Made by a program: the position numbers and the translations under genes
Origin: an uncultured Candidatus Marinamargulisbacteria bacterium
GTDB lineage: Bacteria > Margulisbacteria > Riflemargulisbacteria > GWF2-35-9
Direction of reading: 5' to 3'
DNA: 64,000 nucleotides
NCBI GenBank assembly: GCA_903910705.1
Contig: CAIWAN010000052.1
Span: forward strand, 5,844 to 69,843
Part shown: piece after piece, positions 37,477-48,373 of the stretch
Layout of the letters: each line of letters opens with the position of its first letter
How positions within the stretch are numbered: the stretch's first letter is position 1
Notes under the pieces: generated by a model
Told to the model about the DNA's origin: nothing
Seen by the model: the letters and a program-made list of their open reading frames with translations, nothing else
Databases searched by the model: none

Positions 37477-37551
37477 GACGACTCCCTCATCCCCCTTTCA
37501 TTTTACGCAATAATGAGAATAACAGGAATAGATAATCTCATATAATTATCG

Positions 37552-37579
37552 TTGCATCCCAAGATGGGTCAGTTATAAT
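37552..37579 (+). promoter_or_regulatory. Sigma70-type promoter for metK
   Basis: TTGCAT-16 nt-TATAAT; AAGGAG RBS downstream. Confidence 0.55.
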
Positions 37580-37615
37580 AGAGTAGAATTTACTAAACTA
37601 GCAAGGAGCCCATAC

Positions 37616-38803
37616 ATGACAACCGTACAATATTCTGCTGACGACCTTTATCTCTTTACTTCAGAAAGTGTATCAGAAGGCCACCCCGACAAGATGGCCG
37701 ATCAGATTAGTGACGCCATTCTTGATGCCCATCTTACCCTTGACCCTGATTCTCGCGTCGCCTGTGAAACCCTTATAAAAACGGGGCTTGTTCTCGTTTC
37801 TGGGGAAATCACGTCAAAAGGACTCGTAAACTATGAAGAGATCGTCCGAAATACCATCAAAGAAATCGGCTATAGTCATACCGATGATGGGTTTGACCAT
37901 CAAACCTGTGGCGTTATCACCACCGTAGGCAAGCAGTCTGCTGATATATCGCAAGGTGTCACTGAAGGCGCAGGGCTTTTCGTCGAACAGGGCGCAGGCG
38001 ATCAAGGAATCATGTTTGGTTATGCAACCAACGAAACTCCGAACTATATGCCCCTCCCGATCCAGCTTTCTCATGATCTCCTTTTCAAGCTCTCAGACCT
38101 CAGAAAATCAAAAAAGCTCGACTATATCAAGCCTGACAGCAAGTCTCAAGTCACCGTTGCCTACAAAAACGGAAAACCCGACCACGTATACTCGGTCGTT
38201 ATCTCGACCCAACATTCCGAAGATGTAACCTATGCAACCATTCGTGAAGATATTATCGAACACGTTATCAATGCTGTTATTCCTGCATCGCTTCGAAAAC
38301 AACTCACGGATGAGCGCATCTACATCAATCCAACCGGTCGGTTTGTCATTGGTGGCCCCATGGGTGACTGTGGGCTGACGGGTCGAAAGATCATTGTTGA
38401 CACCTACGGTGGCATGGCTCGTCATGGCGGAGGCGCTTTTAGCGGGAAAGATCCTTCAAAAGTGGATCGTTCAGCCGCTTATGCTGCTCGATATATCGCA
38501 AAAAACATCGTTGCAGCAGGTCTCGCAGATAAATGCGAAGTTCAACTCGCCTACGCGATCGGTGTCGCCGATCCTATTGCTATCTACGTTGATACCTTCG
38601 GAACGGAAAAAATTGAACACCGAAAAATGATCGAGCTTATTTATGAAGTCTTCCCCTTAAAACCTCGCGAAATTATTGAGGTTCTTGATCTCAAAAAACC
38701 GATTTACCAAAAAACCGCCTCTTATGGCCATTTTGGGCGAGATATTTTCTCGTGGGAAAAACTCGACAAGGTTGAGATTCTTAAAAAGAAGGCCTTCAAA
38801 TAA
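37616..38803 (+). CDS. metK: S-adenosylmethionine synthetase
   Basis: [49 protein letters not shown]. Confidence 0.98.
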   Translation: MTTVQYSADDLYLFTSESVSEGHPDKMADQISDAILDAHLTLDPDSRVACETLIKTGLVLVSGEITSKGLVNYEEIVRNTIKEIGYSHTDDGFDHQTCGVITTVGKQSADISQGVTEGAGLFVEQGAGDQGIMFGYATNETPNYMPLPIQLSHDLLFKLSDLRKSKKLDYIKPDSKSQVTVAYKNGKPDHVYSVVISTQHSEDVTYATIREDIIEHVINAVIPASLRKQLTDERIYINPTGRFVIGGPMGDCGLTGRKIIVDTYGGMARHGGGAFSGKDPSKVDRSAAYAARYIAKNIVAAGLADKCEVQLAYAIGVADPIAIYVDTFGTEKIEHRKMIELIYEVFPLKPREIIEVLDLKKPIYQKTASYGHFGRDIFSWEKLDKVEILKKKAFK

Positions 38804-40089
38804 ACGTCGGATTTATTAGTCTGGGTTGTCCGAAGAACTTAACGGACACCGAAACCATGATGGGGCATTTGCCTTCATCATATCGTATTGTTCCAACGAT
38901 GGATCAGGCCGATATTATGGTGCTAAATTCCTGCTCGTTCATCAAAGCCGCTGAAGATGAAACGCTTGAAACGCTCCATGAATTGGCCGATTGGCGTACA
39001 GACAACCGGCGAATCATCCTTACGGGATGTTATGTCGAACAAGAAAAGGACGCTTTATTAGAGCGATTCCCCTTTATTGATGGAATCCTCGGAACGGGAG
39101 GGCTTACCCAACTGAGCGACATCATTGATTCATCCTTGCGAAATGAGCGTCGTTATATTCATCCCCCTCGTTCAGAGAACCTTATTGGCCAAAATCAACG
39201 AAAATTAGCAACACCCCGACACTACGCTTACCTCAAGATATCTGAAGGTTGCGATCATGCCTGCAGTTTCTGCAAGATCCCCTCTCTTCGAGGGCCGGCT
39301 GTTTTCAAATCCCCGCAGGCCCTTCTTGACGAAGCCAAAGGCCTTATTGATCAAGGGGTCAAAGAGCTTATTCTTGTAGCTCAAGACTCAACGGCGTACA
39401 AAGGCCATAGCGGATATCGTCTCGCTAACCTATTACTCGATCTTGAATCCTTGGAAGGACTATTATGGATCAGAGTAATGTACGCTTATCCAACGAAGAT
39501 CGACGAAAAACTCATTAAAGTTTTCAATGAATCCAAAAAGATTGTTGCATATCTCGATATGCCCATACAGCATTGTAATGATACAATACTAGGGGCCATG
39601 AAGCGTCACGGCTCCAAGGTTGACATTGAAAATACTATCCAGAGACTGCGAGATGGCATTTCTGGCATCAAACTTAGAACGACTATTCTTGTTGGGTTCC
39701 CTGGAGAAACACAAGAACATGTCAATGAATTGGCACAATTTATGAAAAAAATTCGTTTTGATCATGTCGGTATATTTACTTATTCAGCCGAAGCTGGCAC
39801 GAGCGCAGCAACCTTGAGTGCTCAGGTCACTGAAGCAGACAAGCAAGCTCGGTTTGATCAATTAATGTTACTGCAACAATCCATAAGTCGATCCCTCAAT
39901 CAACCGTATGTTGGACAATTACTGCCCATCATGATCGACGATCTGGACGGAGGACGACGAACCTTTGATGCGCCCGAGATCGATGGACATGTGCATGTCG
40001 ATAATGTGAAGAAAGCCGATATTGGCCAGATTCGACACGTTCACATCACAGAAGCCCTCGACTATGACTTGGTCGGGCACATTTCGTGA
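38800..40089 (+). CDS. rimO: Ribosomal protein S12 methylthiotransferase (start probably ATA at 38800)
   Basis: ISLGCPKN (upstream of track start), [31 protein letters not shown]; precedes pgsA. Confidence 0.93.
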   Translation: MNVGFISLGCPKNLTDTETMMGHLPSSYRIVPTMDQADIMVLNSCSFIKAAEDETLETLHELADWRTDNRRIILTGCYVEQEKDALLERFPFIDGILGTGGLTQLSDIIDSSLRNERRYIHPPRSENLIGQNQRKLATPRHYAYLKISEGCDHACSFCKIPSLRGPAVFKSPQALLDEAKGLIDQGVKELILVAQDSTAYKGHSGYRLANLLLDLESLEGLLWIRVMYAYPTKIDEKLIKVFNESKKIVAYLDMPIQHCNDTILGAMKRHGSKVDIENTIQRLRDGISGIKLRTTILVGFPGETQEHVNELAQFMKKIRFDHVGIFTYSAEAGTSAATLSAQVTEADKQARFDQLMLLQQSISRSLNQPYVGQLLPIMIDDLDGGRRTFDAPEIDGHVHVDNVKKADIGQIRHVHITEALDYDLVGHIS

Positions 40090-40589
40090 CACTCGCCAAC
40101 TGGATCACCTTATCACGAATTGCCGCCGTTCCTTTTGTGATTATGCTGCTCCCTCTTCAACCGTGGATCGCCGCGTTAGGGTTCGGGCTGATTAGTTTGA
40201 CTGATTTTGTCGATGGTTATGTTGCCAGAAGAATGAACCAAGTCACCTCGCTCGGAAAACTACTCGATCCTATCGCGGACAAAATTCTCGTCATCACCCT
40301 TTTGCTGTATTTTGTCGAGACGTTACGCATTTCCTATATATTTGTTGCCATTATCATCGTTCGAGAACTCGCAGTATCCGCACTTCGAACCCTTGCAGCG
40401 CTCGATAATCAGATCATCAAAGCGGATCAACTGGGTAAGGCCAAAACGGTTTGGCAGTACATCACGCTTGTTTGGATGATCATGGCTTGGCCACTTGAGA
40501 ATATCTTTATCTATGGAATGGTCGGATTAACGGTCGTATCCGGCATCAACTATTATTGGGTTAATCGAAAGGTCCTTAAACATGGCTGA
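40086..40589 (+). CDS. pgsA: CDP-diacylglycerol-glycerol-3-phosphate 3-phosphatidyltransferase
   Basis: ANWITLSR, TDFVDGYVAR...TSLGKLLDPIADK, RELAVS.LR, GKAKT. Confidence 0.95.
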   Translation: MTLANWITLSRIAAVPFVIMLLPLQPWIAALGFGLISLTDFVDGYVARRMNQVTSLGKLLDPIADKILVITLLLYFVETLRISYIFVAIIIVRELAVSALRTLAALDNQIIKADQLGKAKTVWQYITLVWMIMAWPLENIFIYGMVGLTVVSGINYYWVNRKVLKHG

Positions 40590-41097
40590 TTTTCGAGACA
40601 TTCTTCTTCAAAAAGAGAGCGTCAACCCTGACATATCCCCCAATAGAGTGGCCGATCTTCTTGTCGAAAAGAAAGTGACGCTCTCGGTTGCCGAGTCGAT
40701 CACCGGCGGTGCAATTTGTGCTGAACTCGTCAAAATTCCAGGGGCGTCAAAATACCTGCTCGGTGGGGTTGTTGCCTACAGTAACCGGATCAAAGTTTCC
40801 GAAGCGCGAGTCAACCCCAAGACCATCGCTCGATATGGGGCTGTCAGCGCTCAAGTTTGTCTTGAAATGGCACAAGGCATTCGACATAAGTATCAAACCA
40901 CCATTGGACTTTCGACAACCGGTTTCGCTGGGCCACGTCTTGAGAATGAAAAAGTTGGCCTAACCTATATTGGATGCGTAAAAGAGGGCACAGAAGTGGT
41001 CAAACCCTTCCTCTTTAATGGCGAACGCGCATCCATTATCCATCAAGCAACGTTCGCAGCACTTGATTTACTTCGTTACGTATTATCAACAAATTAA
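40582..41097 (+). CDS. cinA: CinA C-terminal domain protein (NMN amidohydrolase, PncC-like)
   Basis: [30 protein letters not shown]; no N-terminal MCD domain. Confidence 0.88.
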   Translation: MADFRDILLQKESVNPDISPNRVADLLVEKKVTLSVAESITGGAICAELVKIPGASKYLLGGVVAYSNRIKVSEARVNPKTIARYGAVSAQVCLEMAQGIRHKYQTTIGLSTTGFAGPRLENEKVGLTYIGCVKEGTEVVKPFLFNGERASIIHQATFAALDLLRYVLSTN

Positions 41098-41107
41098 GGA
41101 GGATTTT

Positions 41108-42124
41108 ATGGCAGAAAAGATTACTAGTAAAGAAACCCAGAAAGCATTAGACCTTGCGATCAACCAAATCGAAAAGAATTTTGGCAAAGGCTCGATCATG
41201 ACCATGGGCGAAGCGAACACGGCCGCGATTCCGTCCATTCCGACGGGATCGATTAAGCTTGACGCCGCGCTTGGCATTGGTGGCATACCAAAAGGGCGTA
41301 TCATCGAAATTTTCGGGCCTGAAAGTTCAGGAAAAACGACCATCACCCTTCATATCATTGCTGAGGCACAGAAGCTCGGCGGGATTTGTGCGTTTATTGA
41401 TGCCGAACATGCACTTGACCCCCAATATGCCAAAGCGATTGGCGTCAACACGAAAGAACTTCTTCTTTCACAACCTGATTTCGGCGAACAGGCCCTCGAT
41501 ATCACGGAAACATTGGTTCGTAGTGGTGCCATCTCCGTCATTGTCATTGACTCTGTTGCGGCGCTGGTTCCAAAATCCGAACTTGAAGGAGAAATGGGCG
41601 ACTCACATGTGGGGCTTCAGGCTCGACTCATGTCCCAAGCCCTTCGAAAATTAACAGCGGCCGTTTCAAAATCATCAACAACCGTTATTTTCGTCAATCA
41701 ACTGCGCGAAAAGGTTGGGGTTATGTTTGGAAGTCCCGAAGTCACCACTGGGGGCAAAGCCCTTAAGTTTTACGCATCGATTCGACTCGATATCCGCAAG
41801 AAAGATACCATTAAGAAGGGTGAGGACATGGTCGGTACCATGACTAAAATTAAAGTGGTCAAGAATAAAGTGGCCATTCCTTTTAAAGAAGTCCTTATCG
41901 AGATAACCTATGGAAAAGGCATCTCGAAAACGAGTGAAATACTCGACTTAGCCGTGGAACATAATTTGGTCGAGAAATATGGTTCCTGGTATAGCATTGG
42001 AAAAGAGAAAATGGGGCAAGGCAAGGAAGCCGCCCAACAATATCTGGATACGAATCCGGAGATTTTAGTCAACCTAGAATCCCAGCTGAGAACCATTCTC
42101 GGCATTCCAGCCAAAACCGAATAA
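41108..42124 (+). CDS. recA: Recombinase A
   Basis: [38 protein letters not shown]; AAGGAGG RBS before ATG 41108. Confidence 0.99.
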   Translation: MAEKITSKETQKALDLAINQIEKNFGKGSIMTMGEANTAAIPSIPTGSIKLDAALGIGGIPKGRIIEIFGPESSGKTTITLHIIAEAQKLGGICAFIDAEHALDPQYAKAIGVNTKELLLSQPDFGEQALDITETLVRSGAISVIVIDSVAALVPKSELEGEMGDSHVGLQARLMSQALRKLTAAVSKSSTTVIFVNQLREKVGVMFGSPEVTTGGKALKFYASIRLDIRKKDTIKKGEDMVGTMTKIKVVKNKVAIPFKEVLIEITYGKGISKTSEILDLAVEHNLVEKYGSWYSIGKEKMGQGKEAAQQYLDTNPEILVNLESQLRTILGIPAKTE

Positions 42125-42139
42125 ACGAAAGGGGCTAAC

Positions 42140-43678
42140 ATGTTCTTATTCATATTAACCATTGTACTCCTCGCTATTTTTGCGGGCGGACTCTACTGGA
42201 TCGGCTTAAAAAATGCTGTCGTAGGCCGAAAAGAAAAAGATGCAGAATCGAAGGCAGCCAAAATATTAAAAGACGCTGAACGAAACGCAGACGATATGCG
42301 TCGTGAAGCACTCATTCAAGGAAAAGAAGAAATTCATCGTCTTCGAAATGATCTGGAAGATGAAATGCGAGAACGTCGCGACAAACAGCTTCTCTTGGAA
42401 ACTCGCTTGCTTCAGCGAGAAGAGCATCTTGACCAACGAGAGGCGAACTTAGAGGTGAGAGACAATGAACTGAATCAGAAGAAATTAGGATTAGAACGAC
42501 AACAGGCCGACCTTGATCTTGTTTACAAACAGCAGGTCGATATTCTAGAACGCGTCGCAGGGCTATCGCAGGACGAAGGGAAAAAACTCTTGCTTGAAAA
42601 TCTCGAACGCGATGTCAAATACGAGGCAGCTAAGCTCATTAAAGAAACAGAAGATATGGCGATAAAGACAGCTCAACGGAAAGCGCGTGAGATCATCGCT
42701 ACCGCGATCCAACGCTGTGCGGTTGATAATGTTGTCGAACTGACCACTTCCGTCGTTGCGCTCCCAGGAGACGAAATGAAGGGACGCCTTATTGGTCGTG
42801 AAGGTCGCAATATCCGTGCCTTTGAAACCATGACCGGCATCGACCTCATTATTGATGACACACCTGAAACCGTTATTCTTTCTGGATTTGATCCTATTCG
42901 TCGGGAGATTGCTCGTCAAACGCTGAGCAAACTGGTTCAGGATGGAAGAATTCACCCCACTCGAATTGAAGAAGTCTACGAACAATGCAAAAAAGATCTT
43001 GAGTCAACCATTATGGATATTGGCGAACGAACCGCCATCGAGGTTGATGTCCAAAACCTAAGTCCACAGATCATCTACTTGCTTGGTCGACTTCACTATC
43101 GGACCAGTTATGGCCAAAATGTTCTCAGTCATAGTATCGAAGTGGCACATATCGCTTCATTGATGGCTCAAGAACTAGGCGTTAATCCTCGTCTTGCACG
43201 CCGAGCAGGGTTACTCCATGATCTAGGCAAAGCGATCGACTTCGAACGCGAAGGAACCCATGCCAGCTTAGGCGCAGAATTCGCGCAAAAAAATGGCGAA
43301 AATGAAGAAGTTGTCCACGCGATACTTGCCCACCACGAAGAGCAAAAACCTCAAACGATTGAAGCCATTTTGGTCGCATCAGCTGACGCGGTTTCGGCCT
43401 CTCGTCCAGGAGCTCGACGCGAATCCGTTGAAGCCTACATTAAACGACTAGAAAACCTCGAACAGTTAGCCGTTTCTTTCCAAGGCGTTGAAAAAGCTTT
43501 CGCGATCCAGTCGGGTCGAGAAGTTCGGGTGATGGTTAAACCCGATATCATTAATGATAAGTTAGCCTCAAAATTGGCGCACGATATTGTTCGAAAGATC
43601 GAAAGTGAACTCGAATATCCGGGCACCATTAAAGTAACCGTCATTCGTGAGACTCGTGTTCAAGATGTGGCGAAGTAA
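42140..43678 (+). CDS. rny: Ribonuclease Y
   Basis: N-terminal TM, coiled coil, KH (KGRLIGREGRNIR), HD (LLHDLGK), SASRPGARRE. Confidence 0.97.
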   Translation: MFLFILTIVLLAIFAGGLYWIGLKNAVVGRKEKDAESKAAKILKDAERNADDMRREALIQGKEEIHRLRNDLEDEMRERRDKQLLLETRLLQREEHLDQREANLEVRDNELNQKKLGLERQQADLDLVYKQQVDILERVAGLSQDEGKKLLLENLERDVKYEAAKLIKETEDMAIKTAQRKAREIIATAIQRCAVDNVVELTTSVVALPGDEMKGRLIGREGRNIRAFETMTGIDLIIDDTPETVILSGFDPIRREIARQTLSKLVQDGRIHPTRIEEVYEQCKKDLESTIMDIGERTAIEVDVQNLSPQIIYLLGRLHYRTSYGQNVLSHSIEVAHIASLMAQELGVNPRLARRAGLLHDLGKAIDFEREGTHASLGAEFAQKNGENEEVVHAILAHHEEQKPQTIEAILVASADAVSASRPGARRESVEAYIKRLENLEQLAVSFQGVEKAFAIQSGREVRVMVKPDIINDKLASKLAHDIVRKIESELEYPGTIKVTVIRETRVQDVAK

Positions 43679-44461
43679 GTGATAACGGTCCTCTTCGTTG
43701 GGGATGTCGTTGGCAAAATTGGGCGGGATACCCTTATGGGGCAACTTCCCGCCCTGAAAGCCACCTACAAGCCTGATCTCATTATTGTTAATGGAGAAAA
43801 CTCCGCAAATGGAAAAGGGATCACCACTCGTGTCGTGGAAGAATACCTAAAAGCAGGGGTTCACTGCATTACATCAGGCAATCACGTATTTGATAACCGA
43901 GAGATCCATCAAAACATGGGCTCGATCGCTGAACTTATCCGTCCCCTCAATTATGCAACGCGCGTTCCAGGCAACACCGTCTTTAAAACAACCCTCAAGG
44001 GGCAAACATTGGGAGTGATCAATGTGCTCGGTCAAGTATTTATGCCACCCATTAATCATCCCTTTGATGCGATAGAAGATATTCTTGAAACGGAGCTTGC
44101 AGATACCGATATCATTCTTCTGGATGTTCATGCTGAGGCAACCTCAGAAAAGAAAGCGATCGCACTCTATTTTACGGGGCGGATATCTGCGGTCATTGGC
44201 ACACATACGCATGTTCAAACCTCAGATGCATGTATCCTCGATCAGCAAACGGCCTTTATTACCGATGTCGGCATGGTTGGAGCACGGAATAGTATACTGG
44301 GCATGGCATCAGACCCTGTTATTACACGATTTTTAACGGGAATGCCCGAGCGTTTTGCGCCGCCTGAAACAGACACAGAAAGAATCTTGGACTTTTCGAT
44401 CGTTGAATTCTCTCCCGAAGGAAAAGCAACACATATCGAAGCCCACCATCTTATTATCTAG
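43679..44461 (+). CDS. ymdB: YmdB/TIGR00282 metallophosphoesterase
   Basis: GDVVG, NGEN, TSGNH, DVHAEATSEK, GTHTHVQT, TDVGM.G; follows rny. Confidence 0.94.
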   Translation: MITVLFVGDVVGKIGRDTLMGQLPALKATYKPDLIIVNGENSANGKGITTRVVEEYLKAGVHCITSGNHVFDNREIHQNMGSIAELIRPLNYATRVPGNTVFKTTLKGQTLGVINVLGQVFMPPINHPFDAIEDILETELADTDIILLDVHAEATSEKKAIALYFTGRISAVIGTHTHVQTSDACILDQQTAFITDVGMVGARNSILGMASDPVITRFLTGMPERFAPPETDTERILDFSIVEFSPEGKATHIEAHHLII

Positions 44462-44473
44462 TATGGGTATCAA

Positions 44474-45487
44474 CTAATTTGCAAAGATCTGATTAATCTT
44501 TATCGCATAGTGTTTGTCTGAAACGCCCAAGGCGGCACCAAACTTGTTTAATCCGCCGACTTTGACAAGCAAGTCTTCTGTTTTCTTAGTTCGCAAAGTG
44601 ACAATATCACCGACCTGCAAATGAATAACCTCTTCAACGGTGACATCGGCCTTGCCAAGCTCAGTAGAGATGTCGACCATAGCTATTGCCAAGTTTTCCT
44701 TCATCTCGGATTCCTTCTTAATAAACTGATGTTTGGAGCGACTGTACTGACTATCAATAAGCTGAGAAAGAACATGATCAATCGCAATATAGGGGATACA
44801 ATACGTAAAAATACCTAGCACATCGCCAATAGACAACTCGAAAACCATTTTCAATACGATATCATTCGGCTGAACAAGATGAATCACGCGAGGGTTTGTC
44901 TCAACAGAAATGATCCGAGGTAAATCCTTCATAACCTCGCCCCAACTTTCCTTTTGATGAACAAAAAGCTTATCTAAAATATTTCGAAGAATAATTAACT
45001 CGATATCGGTAAGATCTTGCCGATTGGTCCAAACATCAGCACCCTGCCCCCCCAGAATTTTTTCAACCATCAGCATCGCAATTTCGATATCAAAACTTAG
45101 AATGGCTTGATCATCCACAAAAGAAAGGATGTAATGTCGAGCCCGTTCATTACAGTCATCAATATATTCTTGATAAGTGTGCTGTTCGATATAAGGCAGG
45201 TTCACTTTGACGTCTTGTCGCAAATAAACCGACAATGAACCACTAAAAAGTCGAGCCATATTATCATGGAAACCTTTCAATATTCGAAGCAGATCTTTTG
45301 AGAATTTATTAGGACGTCGAAAGTCATACTTAACAATGTGCTGAAAAGCCTCTAAATGTCTCGGTTTGGAGATAAATTCTGTTTCGGATACCTGACTGGA
45401 TTGCGTCGGCGAGGATTCGGGCTCTTGCTCATCCATCACACCCATAAGGAGGGCATTGATCTCGTCTTGGGAGAGGATGCTACTCAT
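44474..45487 (-). CDS. fliM: Flagellar motor switch protein FliM
   Basis: ILSQDEINALL (CheY-binding), YDFRRPNKFSKD, ETNP, C-terminal SpoA domain. Confidence 0.94.
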   Translation of the reverse strand: MSSILSQDEINALLMGVMDEQEPESSPTQSSQVSETEFISKPRHLEAFQHIVKYDFRRPNKFSKDLLRILKGFHDNMARLFSGSLSVYLRQDVKVNLPYIEQHTYQEYIDDCNERARHYILSFVDDQAILSFDIEIAMLMVEKILGGQGADVWTNRQDLTDIELIILRNILDKLFVHQKESWGEVMKDLPRIISVETNPRVIHLVQPNDIVLKMVFELSIGDVLGIFTYCIPYIAIDHVLSQLIDSQYSRSKHQFIKKESEMKENLAIAMVDISTELGKADVTVEEVIHLQVGDIVTLRTKKTEDLLVKVGGLNKFGAALGVSDKHYAIKINQIFAN

Positions 45488-46350
45488 TCGGCTTCTTCCA
45501 GTAGCTCCTCCTGCTTAAACTCATCCATAACACTCATCATCAACGTTTCAATATCAGCCGGTTTAAGAGAAAGCTTTTCCATTGATTTGGGTTGTAGCTC
45601 ATAATTCAGGCCATCATACCCAAGACCGATACCCAATAATTCGCTCACCATATCGGCAATATGAACCATATGGACGGTTATATTATCCTCAGGTGCACAT
45701 TGCGGATCATGATGGAACCGGATCGACTGAATAAGATCATCTGAAAGATTCCATTTCTCGGCTACTTTAGCGCCAATTTCTCCATGATTAAACCCTAGTA
45801 CCGTTTCTTCAGCCTGCAGGAACGTAATATTGCCCCCCCGAAATAAACGGATAACATCAACAAACTTTTGTTTAGCATATTGATCCAATACAACCTTCCC
45901 CACATCGTGAAGCAACCCCATGACATAAACTTCATCTGGATTGGGATATTTAAGCTGTGTGGCTAAGGTTCTGGCACCAATTGCAACAGAATAACTATGT
46001 TTAAAAAGTGCTCCCTTTTCAAGGGCATAGCTCATTACACCCTTATTGAACATTGAATGAGTAGAAGCGGTCAGTGCAATATATTTGATCGTATTATATC
46101 CAAGACAGACAACGGCGTGTGAAATCGTTTTGATCTGCTTTGAAAATCCATAATAAGACGAATTGGCTAATTTAAGAATTTTCGCCACCATCGCTTGATC
46201 TTTTTCAAGCGAAATAACAATTTCTTTAAGATCAGATTCTGGATCACGTGTTAACTGAATGAGTTTTTTGATAGTCGTAGGCAACGGCATCAAGTCATCT
46301 AACTTGGACACCAATTCATTAAAAAGTTCGCTATTTGCTTCGTCTACCAT
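45484..46350 (-). CDS. HDOD domain protein
   Basis: LMPLP, DQAMVAKILKLANSSYYG, HAVVCLG, GLLHDVGK, GFNHGEIG...W; ATG 46350 (track start 46356 is TTG). Confidence 0.92.
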   Translation of the reverse strand: MVDEANSELFNELVSKLDDLMPLPTTIKKLIQLTRDPESDLKEIVISLEKDQAMVAKILKLANSSYYGFSKQIKTISHAVVCLGYNTIKYIALTASTHSMFNKGVMSYALEKGALFKHSYSVAIGARTLATQLKYPNPDEVYVMGLLHDVGKVVLDQYAKQKFVDVIRLFRGGNITFLQAEETVLGFNHGEIGAKVAEKWNLSDDLIQSIRFHHDPQCAPEDNITVHMVHIADMVSELLGIGLGYDGLNYELQPKSMEKLSLKPADIETLMMSVMDEFKQEELLEEAE

Positions 46351-46361
46351 TCTCAAGCTCC

Positions 46362-47165
46362 CTATTTATAATAAAACAAATTTGAATGACGCGTAAACCC
46401 TACTTGCTTTGAATTAAGGATCGTTTCGGTGCCACCAATGAACAGAACCCCTCCAACCGTCAATGCATCGAAAAACTTCTTATACAAAACATCTTTTGCT
46501 TCTTCAGTAAAATAAATGACTACATTACGACACAGGATCAAGTCAAACCCTTTAGTGAAAGGATCTTCCAAAAGATTATTACGCAGAAACTTAACATTTC
46601 GCTTTAATCTCGACTTTATTTTCCACCGTTGCTCCTCCGGATTTTTGTCAAAATGCTTTAATAGGAGTTCTTGAGATAAGTTCTTAATATCTATCTCACG
46701 GAAATCACCTTCACTAGCGAGTTTCATGACCGTTTCATCAATATCCGTTGCCGTGATCGAATAGTCTTGTCCTGGGAAAGAGTCTTCCATAATGATAGCC
46801 ATCGTATAAGCCTCAGAGCCGTTTGAACAACCTGCACTCCAGATACGAAGAGGGCGTCCTTGTTTTCTTGCTTCAGAAATTAGACTAGGCAAAATATTAA
46901 CCTGAAGATCAAGGAATCTTTCAGGATTTCGAAAAAATTCAGTCACATTAATGGTCAAGAAATCTTTAAAGTCGAGAAGAACATTCGGGGTACTTCGAAG
47001 ACGTGAAACAAACTCGACCAATGTTTCACACTTATATTTTAGAATAAACGAGCGGATCCGACGCTTCATCTGCGCAGGCTTATATTGGTCTAAATCAATA
47101 CCTAAAAGAACTCTAACGTCTTTTTTGAAAGGGTTATAATCAATATCGAACTGATCTTCTTCCAT
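46362..47165 (-). CDS. cheR: Chemotaxis methyltransferase
   Basis: LTINVTEFFR, RIWSAGCSNGSEAYT, ATDID, DLILCRNVVIYF. Confidence 0.96.
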   Translation of the reverse strand: MEEDQFDIDYNPFKKDVRVLLGIDLDQYKPAQMKRRIRSFILKYKCETLVEFVSRLRSTPNVLLDFKDFLTINVTEFFRNPERFLDLQVNILPSLISEARKQGRPLRIWSAGCSNGSEAYTMAIIMEDSFPGQDYSITATDIDETVMKLASEGDFREIDIKNLSQELLLKHFDKNPEEQRWKIKSRLKRNVKFLRNNLLEDPFTKGFDLILCRNVVIYFTEEAKDVLYKKFFDALTVGGVLFIGGTETILNSKQVGFTRHSNLFYYK

Positions 47166-47647
47166 TATAGCTCCTTCTCCTGCATGCCGATTCGCCTTGA
47201 AAAGACTTGGCCTGTCGATATATGTAATGAGAATATTCGGCCGTTAGTTCCCCCACAATCTTGAGCGAGGGGACGAATGCCTGATGCCCAAAGCGCTTGC
47301 AACACCGCTTCAATATTTCTTTTCCCAATATCAAGGCTCGTTATATTTGCTTTTGCGAACATATTCGCCCCACCCACAATCTTCACAAAACTTGTCATCA
47401 TATTGCCGCCAAGACCTTTAAATTTATGAAGCAACAACGGTACTCCTGTATCTGCAAATCGTTCTGGCACTTGACTGTCTCGCTGAATGCTACTATCGGG
47501 CAAAACAATATGAGCCATGCCCCCAAGTCGAGAAACTTTATCGTAAATAGCCACACCAACACAAGACCCTAGTCCATGTACAACAATGAGGTCCCCCAGT
47601 GTTTTCGAAAACTTGATTTCTGCTAGTCCCACACTTATTGTTGCCAT
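47165..47647 (-). CDS. cheD: Chemoreceptor glutamine deamidase
   Basis: GLGSCVGV, GGMAHIVLP, FADT, KIVGGANMF, IGKRN, DCGG..GR. Confidence 0.96.
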   Translation of the reverse strand: MATISVGLAEIKFSKTLGDLIVVHGLGSCVGVAIYDKVSRLGGMAHIVLPDSSIQRDSQVPERFADTGVPLLLHKFKGLGGNMMTSFVKIVGGANMFAKANITSLDIGKRNIEAVLQALWASGIRPLAQDCGGTNGRIFSLHISTGQVFSRRIGMQEKEL

Positions 47648-47682
47648 AATTCCTTGTTTATCATACTACGGCATCAAAGATG

Positions 47683-48360
47683 TTAAAACAATGATTCTAT
47701 TTCTTTTAGTTCTTGACTAGAAAGATATGCACTTCCCATTAAACTGGGAAGATCTACTTGCCCACATATTTGAAGAGGGAATGAATCCTTCTCTCTTTCT
47801 TTTATCTCAACAAACCGCCCCCCATCTCTAAATAGATAGGCTAATTGCGGAGAGGAAGGATCCGATTTCTTTAGAAATAGGGCCTTATATGAACCATCTA
47901 TTGGCTTTAGATGAAGAGAAAGTATCCCATTAATAATAAAAAGGGGGTTATCTAAATAAGTTCCTGCGACTTGAGGCTTCATCCACTTGATCGTGCTTGC
48001 TGGAACAACGCATTCGATCATATGTACATCAATACAAATTTTGTTCATCCCACCATCACCGTCAAACATAGTCTCCATGAAACTTTGTTTTTTCTCGAGC
48101 ACACGAATCCGAACGGGTTCATTGTATCGGATCGTATTGGCTATGACATTGGGCGACGTTTCGTGATTGCGAATAAGCACCTGATAAGCTTCCAGAATTC
48201 GTTTCGTTTGAGTCTCTGCCCATTGGCGATGTTTTTGATTGAGATCAGGGTGATATTTTTTCAGAAGCTCTTTTGCAACTTTTTTTATTATCTCAGGGCT
48301 TGCCCCTTCTGGAATGTTCAAAACCCGATGATACTGGCTCGTTTTCATGTTTTCGCTCAT
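47683..48360 (-). CDS. J-domain protein with unrecognised (possibly CheW-like) C-terminal domain
   Basis: YHRVLNI...IKK...LLKKYHPDLN...ILEAYQVL with intact HPD; start 48360 or 48348. Confidence 0.8.
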   Translation of the reverse strand: MSENMKTSQYHRVLNIPEGASPEIIKKVAKELLKKYHPDLNQKHRQWAETQTKRILEAYQVLIRNHETSPNVIANTIRYNEPVRIRVLEKKQSFMETMFDGDGGMNKICIDVHMIECVVPASTIKWMKPQVAGTYLDNPLFIINGILSLHLKPIDGSYKALFLKKSDPSSPQLAYLFRDGGRFVEIKEREKDSFPLQICGQVDLPSLMGSAYLSSQELKEIESLF

Positions 48361-48373
48361 TATAGCATAACGA

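Noticed and set aside
37480-37615. SAM riboswitch upstream of metK
   Set aside because: The leader after the -10 box is only about 30 nt and lacks SAM-I/II/III consensus.
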